Source: the human T2T-CHM13v2.0 reference genome, Homo sapiens. From it: a stretch of DNA of 64,000 nucleotides. Numbering within the stretch: position 1 is the stretch's first letter; every line of letters starts with the position of its first letter. The position numbers were made by a program, and so were the translations under genes. The notes under the pieces were generated by a model. That model had not been told where the DNA came from. It made no database searches and worked only from the letters and a program-made list of their open reading frames with translations. Positions 55,297-64,000 of this stretch are shown here, piece by piece. The DNA lies in assembly GCF_009914755.1 (NCBI RefSeq), contig NC_060943.1. The stretch is one strand, 5' to 3'.

Positions 55297-57119
55297 CTGT
55301 AACAGACAAGTCCCTTCGAGACGCTCTGAGTGGCCTGCAAAGGAGCTGAGCTCCAGGGCCTGGTCGGGGGGCTGCAGCTTGGCCACCGCACCCTGTGCCC
55401 TGCCACTGCCTGCACCACGCGGCAGGGTCCAGGATGCCCCAAGGCACTGTCAGAGACTCCTGGTGGACACGGGCCTGGAGTGAGAGCCCGGAGTAGTCAC
55501 CAAACTCCCCACATGGCCTGAGGCGGCCAAGATGGGCTAGGGACACAGCCTGCCCACCCCATGTGCACCACAGCCCCCTGCTCCCTCTGTCCTCCCCATT
55601 CTGCTTGTCCAATCTCATGCCCTGCGATGGGGTCTTCTCCCAATATCACAGGAGAAGCCAATTCTCCCCGGATGAAGAGGCGGCAGCTGAAGGCCTCAGG
55701 AAGTGAAGCAGCTGCTCCGCCGCCCTCTATCCCACCTCTAGGTGGACTGTGACGAGCGTCCTGGCGGCCCCGTCTGAACTAGGGCCTCAGCAGGTCTGAC
55801 AGTCCTTGCTGGCCCGACCTCTATCTTCCACTCACAAAAACCGTCAATCTAGGGCTTTCCCAGGGCTGCGTGGGAAGCAATCCTAGAAAAAAATTTGGGA
55901 AGAGACCAATTGGTCCTCCCGTCCGTCCCCCGGGGCCAGCAGAGGAGCTCCTCGGAGAGCCACGCGGCCATCATCCCAGCATGAGGCCAGGGACGGACGC
56001 TGAAAAAAGGTTGGAGAAGCATCTGAACTGTAACCCCTACCCCTGATGCCAGTCCCGAGACTGTCCCACGAAGATGGCGACCGGCGTGCGCTGCTCAGAA
56101 GCCTCTCAAAAGGGCGTGTGGGATTTTTGGCAAGAGGTCACTGCCTGAAACTATGACTGCTGTTTAATAGCAAAGTCATCCCGGGTAGGTAGCAGGACCT
56201 GCGCGCAACAGACATGTCACCTTTGCTTTAGCATTGTGCCGCTAAGCGCTCGGGGCGCCCCGTGCTATGGACAGGACTGCTGCGGGTCGCGGGGGGGAGG
56301 ACCGCAGAGGGCTGGCAAAGCCTGAACAGGAGGAACATCTAAGCCAAGGGCCTTCAGAATGGATGGGAGCAGGGCCACTGAGGAGCCAGCCTATGATCCT
56401 TGGGGTAACCAGCTACGGAAAGACCCACAGGACAGGTAAAGAAACGAGTGGCTTCAGGGTGAGCTCCAGGCCGCGGCACCTCAGGCCGCTCTGCCATGAG
56501 GGATTTAAGCCTGCTCTGCTGTTGCTGCAGACCCTCTGGTCTCCTGCATTGGACATGAAGAGACCTGCTGAAGGGCGCCCGCCTCTCAAAGACCCAGTGG
56601 GCCTGGGTGCTCCCGACCCCGCAGGTGTCTGCTGTCACACACTCGCAGGCACGAAGCAATGTGCAGTGCAGCTGCCAGTATCCCCACCACAGAGGCCCAC
56701 AGCACAGCCCAGGGCAGGCGACTGAAGGAACTGGACAAAAGGAAGCCCCAGAGAAAACACTTCAGGGAAATGCACTGGCCGAGGAGGGCACAGAAGATGG
56801 GCTGGGGGCCTCTTCTCTCATGTTTCTCCTTCCCTACAAACTTCGACTGTGGTGGACACCCAAGGCTGCCCCCCATCCCCACTGCAGCCCACATCGGGTC
56901 AGGCAGACAGACCCGTTTCCAGTAAATGCTGCCCCAGACACTTTGAAGCAAAGTGTTGGCTGATCGCCACGGTCAAGGCCCATCTGGTGGCTGCAGCCCC
57001 TCTTCCCCCACAGCCACGGGCCCCTCCATCCAGGCCCCTGGCTTGCTCAGAAGCTGGGCAGTAAGTGCGGGGCAGCTGGGAAGACACAGGAAAGCTGCAA
57101 GGGACACGGTGATGCCTAC

Positions 57120-57153
57120 CTCTTTGCCTCCCAGAGTCGCAGAGTTCATCCTC
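57120..57153 (-). CDS. AKAP8: AKAP8 exon 8 (EDELCDSGRQR)
   Basis: tttccag|GAGGA...AAGAG|gtaggc; 34 nt. Confidence 0.94.
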
Positions 57154-57828
57154 CTGGAAAAGAGTATACACAAAGTCCGGCAGTGAGCTGGTGTGTCCAG
57201 ACTCTCCACAACCAGCCCAGTCCCTGGCCACTGCCTGGTGGGCAGTCTCACCCAAGACCTAGGTTGCTATGCCACCAAGAATGAGCCACAGTGTGTTAGG
57301 ACCAGCCTCCGGGGCTCAGGACAGGGCCTGTGTGTCCTGTTATTACTCCTAGTTGCCTTCAGAGATTCTGTGACAATCACCTTGCTAAAAAGCCATTCAC
57401 CCACCCTCTCTCGGTTCCTCCTAAGCTGCAGAACTGCCTGCCCCATGACAAAGACCCACCCGTACAATTCTATGAATGGAGCCTGTTCACCAACCGTAGG
57501 GAGATAGAGTCTCACTTGGGGGATGCCAGTTCTGGCATTCTTCATAGAAAATGGGTTCCACCACGTTTCCCGAGCTTTTGTTTATATTTACCCAATGTCT
57601 TTTTTTTTTTTTTTTTTTTTTTTTTGAGACGGAGTCTCACCCTGTCTCCCAGGCTGGAGTGCAATGATGCAATCTCAGCTCACTGCAACCTCTGCTTCCT
57701 GGGTTGAAGCAAATCCTCTGCCTCAGCCTCCCGAGTAGCTGGGACTATAGGCGCATGCCGCCACATCCAGCTAATTTTTGTATTTTCAGTAGAGACGGGG
57801 TTTCACCATATTGGCCAGGATGGTCTCA

Positions 57829-58002
<174 letters not shown>

Positions 58003-58405
58003 CTAAATTAACAATCAGCAGGTTTACAGAGATTCCTAATCTCAAGACCAGCAAAATAGGGATCAAGTGAGACTCTGAAAACCTGAAAAGCCACCATCTC
58101 CTGCCTGTTCCCTGCCTGTGTGACTCTAAGGACTTGGGGAAGGCCCTCCTTCCCACTCTGGACCTCCAGGCCCTACACCTCCAACTTGGATCAGAATCTA
58201 CACTGGGGTGGCTGAGGCACCTCCCCAAGAGCTTGGGGTGGTCCCGGCTATGAACTGGCCCCACGTGCTGCCTGCCTGTGCCTTGTTGTGAGGATGGAAG
58301 GATGAGGACACCAGTCAGCGGCACCCGGCACGGAGCTGGCGGCAAATGAGCCTCCAGCCTGTGCTTGGAGGCTTCAGCCCACAGTCCCTGCACTTACTGG
58401 CCTAG

Positions 58406-58714
<309 letters not shown>

Positions 58715-58927
58715 TGAGCCTCCCTAAGTGCTAGGATTACAGGTGTGAGCCACCGTGCCGGCTAAGGTGGAAAACTTTTAGAAATCTAGCTAAAAGTCAG
58801 GGTCCTGAATCCACTCAGAGGTAGTCAAATCTACCATGGCAGCTGCTCCTGCCCCTTTGTGAGGAAGGGTGATTAAAGAAAGAAGAAATCCCACACTAGA
58901 GGCAAAAGGGCTGCCTGGTGGACTTAC

Positions 58928-58974
58928 ACCCTTGAATTCTTCATCTCCTGAGCGGAAGTCACCAGCTGCGTCAT
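58928..58974 (-). CDS. AKAP8: AKAP8 exon 7 (DDAAGDFRSGDEEFKG)
   Basis: tggcag|ATGAC...AGGGT|gtaagt; 47 nt. Confidence 0.95.
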
Positions 58975-59193
58975 CTGCCAGACACAAAGAAAGGAAAAGT
59001 CAGTCCCCGGAGAACGGTCCCATCCGGTTTCCGCCCTCCCAAGCTCGCCATCCAGGGTGAGTCTGCCCTGACCACAGTGGGGTTGAAACATGCCACCTGC
59101 GAGTGTCCACGACACAGATGGGGCAAGCAGAGCCCCCAGCAGGCAGCCGACCCATCCTACATCTGTCTGGCCCACCTGGCCCCCAGGACATAC

Positions 59194-59323
59194 CATTTTC
59201 GGAGAAATCTCCTTCACTGTCAACCCGGGCCAGTTTGGTGTCTGGCTCCTCGTAAAGTTGGAACTGCTTCCGTTTCCTGCCCGTGCCATCTGGTCCGAAG
59301 CGGTCAAACCCTCTCCTCTTGGG
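59194..59323 (-). CDS. AKAP8: AKAP8 exon 6 (PKRRGFDRF...KRK, NLS-like region)
   Basis: tctgtag|CCCAAG...AAATG|gtatgt; 130 nt. Confidence 0.96.
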
Positions 59324-59469
59324 CTACAGACAACAAGCACACCCCATGAGCTACTTACGAGGGCCATGAAGATGCCCCACAGAAAAGAACAAGGAGGTTG
59401 TAGGATCAGACAACACAGGCACAAAAGGTCTTTTCAAAAAGCAAAGAGACAACATAATTTGAAACTAAA

Positions 59470-59785
59470 AAGAAAATCATGCTGAGTGAAAAGAAGCCAG
59501 GAACAAAAGGCCACACGTTTCGCGACTCCATTTGTGCAAAATGTCTAGAACACACAAATCCAGAGACCAGTGGTGGTTGTCGGGGGCTGGTGGGGGCGGG
59601 GAAGAGACAGGGGTGACTAATGAGAAGAAGTTTCTCTTCTGGTTGACATAAATGCTAAGATTAGACTGTGATGGTGGGGATGGTTGCACAATCCTGTAAA
59701 TTAACTAAAAGTCGAACTGCGCACTTAAAAACATTTAAGTGAATGTTGAGATGGGGAAATTTTACCTCAATAAAGCTGCTAAAAA
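59470..59785 (+). mobile_element. L1MB/ME-type 3' end in AKAP8 intron 5
   Basis: catgctgagtgaaaagaagccag...gatggttgcacaa...tacctcaataaagctg. Confidence 0.75.
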
Positions 59786-59826
59786 GAGAAGCGAAGGCGG
59801 CCGGAAGGAACCTTGCGAGGGCTTAC

Positions 59827-60316
59827 CCGATCCCGATCCCGCATCCGAGGCTGCGAGCGGCCACATCCGTAGGGCATGGTGCTGTCATAGCCGCCCGCCC
59901 CCTGCATGCCCATCACGCCGTAGTCGGGAGCCATGGACTGGGAGAAGAGGGACGGAGGTGGCCGGCTGGGGGAGGGCCCTCCCAGGCCCCGTCCACCCAC
60001 GTAGTTCAGCTCGTTCCAGGGCGTGGACAGGGGCTCAGAGGACGCAGCGGGGGGCACGAAGGGGTCGCTGCGCATGAAGGTGCCAGGGTTGCTCCGGTCC
60101 TGGAAGCGGCCCTGGCCCCGGCCCCGCATGAAGCCATCAAGGGAGCCCCGCTCCCGGGCTGGGTCTCGGCATTCACTGTACTGCCCCCCAAAGCTGCCAT
60201 TGCGGTCGGACCCCAGGTCGAACTCATAGTCGTAGCTGTAGCTGGGGCGGTAGGGGTTGTGCTCCGGCAGGCAGGGCCTGGAGTCATAGGACTCGAACGG
60301 CTGGAAGCGGAAGGAG
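59827..60316 (-). CDS. AKAP8: AKAP8 exon 5 ([10 protein letters not shown]...RMRDRDR)
   Basis: tgttgcag|CTCC...ATCGG|gtaagc; 490 nt; within ORF 59779..60372. Confidence 0.97.
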
Positions 60317-60761
60317 CTGCAACAGAAGCACAGCCCATCAGGGGCGGTCACCCCGATCACCCACTGCCACACTCCCTCAGTATAACCTCGACGCCCCTAC
60401 ATTCAAAACAGCAAACCAAACCACCCTGCATCCCACCTAAGTGCTGGGATGACCAAAACTGACCAACACCCTCCCTGGAACACTGCTGAGCAGGGGACAG
60501 AGCCCCTGGCCACAGGAATAGCATGATGTAGAAAAAAGGAGTCTCGGGGAGCTTAGCCAACAACCACGCCCAAGCCCCGCCATGAAGAAAAGCAAGGAAG
60601 TCCTACTGTAACATCACTGACCCCCCACGAGCCCAACTCGTCAATGCCACACCCAAGAGGGAGGCGGGGACAGGCCCTCCCTCAAGAGTGGGTGCCCACT
60701 CCCATGCGCACAAAGGTGGGGATGTGTGGGGTCCCGGGGGAGGGCTTGGGTCCATAATCAC

Positions 60762-61041
60762 CTCTCCCGGTCCTGTATGCCCTCCCCACCGCCGCCGCTC
60801 CCGCCCCTGCCTCCTTCCTTGGACATCATGTCCAAACGCTGGTTGATCTTGGCAATGAGGGAGTCGGAATTGTCGGTGCATGGCTCTGGGCCGTAAGAGG
60901 CCATGTGCATGGCAGGGGCCCCGGCCGCCAGGCCGCCATCATTGGCCTTGGCGGCCTCCCACGAGGCTGGGCCGTAGCTGTAGGTTGCGCCTGTGGTGAC
61001 ACTGGTGTTCTGGGCGCCATAGTAATTGTAGTTTTCATAAC
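60762..61041 (-). CDS. AKAP8: AKAP8 exon 4 (YENYNYY...IQDRE)
   Basis: gtgacag|GTTAT...GAGAG|gtgatt; 280 nt; within ORF 60758..61120. Confidence 0.97.
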
Positions 61042-61578
61042 CTGTCACAGGGGGAGGAGCCAAGTCAGACTTCAGCAGCCACGAGGCCTGTCCATGGTGG
61101 ACACAACCGGGGAGGGGCACCCGCTGCCACGGAGAAGGAAAACGGGTGTGGGACCCAGTGCTGCTGGCATCACTTCACACTGCACTGTGACCTGCCAAGA
61201 GGCAGCAGGAGGTGGCCAGAGAAAGGGGCAGCCTCAGTGCCGAGCGGCGGGTTTTCCATGCCAGACGCTAGGACCTGTTCCCCATTCAAAGCCGGGTGAC
61301 TGAGAGCCTGGGAACAGCAGTTCCGGCTGCTGACAGGCCCCACAAAGGACCGCTGCTCCCAAAGCACGGTCGCAGTCCTCCCCATCATGCTCCCCTGAGG
61401 CCGCCCACCACAGCCCTCTGCAGTCCCCCCATATACACAACAGCAGCCGTGGCTGACTGCGTCCTCAGGAACAGAGCCAGAAAGTCCACGCCAGACCTCC
61501 CTGACGGGCTGACCTGCCTGGCCTTCAGATCAGAGGCCCACTTGCCCGCCCACAGACCCCCCCCACAGAAGGGCTTAC

Positions 61579-61611
61579 CTTGCCAGCTGGCCACACCAGT
61601 TCCATATGCAC
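61579..61611 (-). CDS. AKAP8: AKAP8 exon 3 (GAYGTGVASWQG)
   Basis: tcccctaag|GTGCA...GCAAG|gtaagc; 33 nt, phase 1-1. Confidence 0.93.
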
Positions 61612-62261
61612 CTTAGGGGAAACAGAAACACACAAGAGCCCTGTTTGCAGAACGAAGGCACTGACACCCCAGCTGTCACCTTGCTCCACCCTCCACAGCC
61701 CCAGGGCCAGGGCTTCCCTCCGCAGCGCTCAGGGAGACACCCTTGGGTGTTTTTAGCTCACTCAACTCCTACAGAGCACTAGGCTGAGAGGCTGAGCACA
61801 AGCAAGCCCTCTATCCCGGGCAAGGCCAACCGTCCGTCAGGGCAAGGGAAGGGACGCCGCACGCTCCCCAGGAAGCTCGTCCACTGTGGGCTGCTGGCCA
61901 AGAGGTTGGCCAGGCCAGGCCCCAGGCAGAGACCTCGTAAAGGGTCAGTTCCCATCAGAAGCCAGAGTGCAGGCGCTGCCAACTGCACAGCGAGGCATTG
62001 GTGCAAAGTCACGTCCTCAACTCAAGCGAAAAAGAGGACGTTATGTGCCACGAGCGACTTGGAAGGCCTCCTCCTGAAACACCGGGTGGTGGCTCAAAAG
62101 CAGCCCCACTCCCCATGTTGCCTGAGTCAGATCTCAGGCTCAGAAAACAAAGGAAGCCCTCGTGCCCTAAAACACGGGCTGGCAGAAAGCAGAAAGCCTC
62201 GCCAGCAGAGAGCATGCACTGGTCCGCCACACAAGCCTAGCATCATGGCCCTGACTCTAAA

Positions 62262-63855
<1,594 letters not shown>

Positions 63856-63952
63856 GGCTACTACTCTCCCTTGACCCAAGTTCAGCTCTGCCATGCTAGG
63901 GCCTTGAGTTAGGGGAAGCCCACGCCTCACCCGCAAAGCAGAGCCCACTTAC

Positions 63953-63991
63953 CCTGGGTGTTGGCAGGTCCAGCACTCCACGCCCCGTAGC
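63953..63991 (-). CDS. AKAP8: AKAP8 exon 2 (GYGAWSAGPANTQG)
   Basis: ttcttgcag|GCTAC...CCAGG|gtaagt; 39 nt, phase 1-1. Confidence 0.95.
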
Positions 63992-64000
63992 CTGCAAGAA

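Noticed and set aside
59743-60462. 239-aa plus-strand ORF
   Set aside because: Antisense shadow of GC-rich AKAP8 exon 5, starting in an L1 remnant.

Overview
Human (or very close hominid) Alu-saturated genomic DNA that I recognise as the BRD4-AKAP8 locus (19p13). Both genes lie on the minus strand. 1-19.5 kb is the start of BRD4 intron 1 plus its CpG-island promoter, which has two minus-strand first-exon donors, a (CGG)10 repeat, CRE/YY1/ETS motifs and a plus-strand donor suggesting a divergent transcript. 20-40 kb is an Alu-dense intergenic stretch containing an RPL21 processed-pseudogene fragment, a MER58B-type element and an old L1 ORF2 broken up by Alus. 40.5-64 kb holds AKAP8 (AKAP95) exons 14 to 2. 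All their splice junctions are GT-AG and phase-consistent, and with a 19-nt exon 1 outside the window they give 692 aa. AKAP8 intron 9 carries a full-length SVA with a 17-bp TSD, an apparent SINE-R deletion and a short non-SVA 3' tag. Nearly all ORFs in the track are Alu-, SVA- or GC-derived artefacts. I see no new gene system. The best leads are: (i) an Alu-free AKAP8 intron 8 with two candidate poison/terminal exons, (ii) the SVA and its possible transduction tag, (iii) two local templated insertions (a 22-nt copy of exon 13 and a ~117-bp inverted duplication), and (iv) a MER3-derived cassette exon and a GATA cluster in BRD4 intron 1. Gene names and repeat subfamilies come from recall of known sequences, not from a database search.
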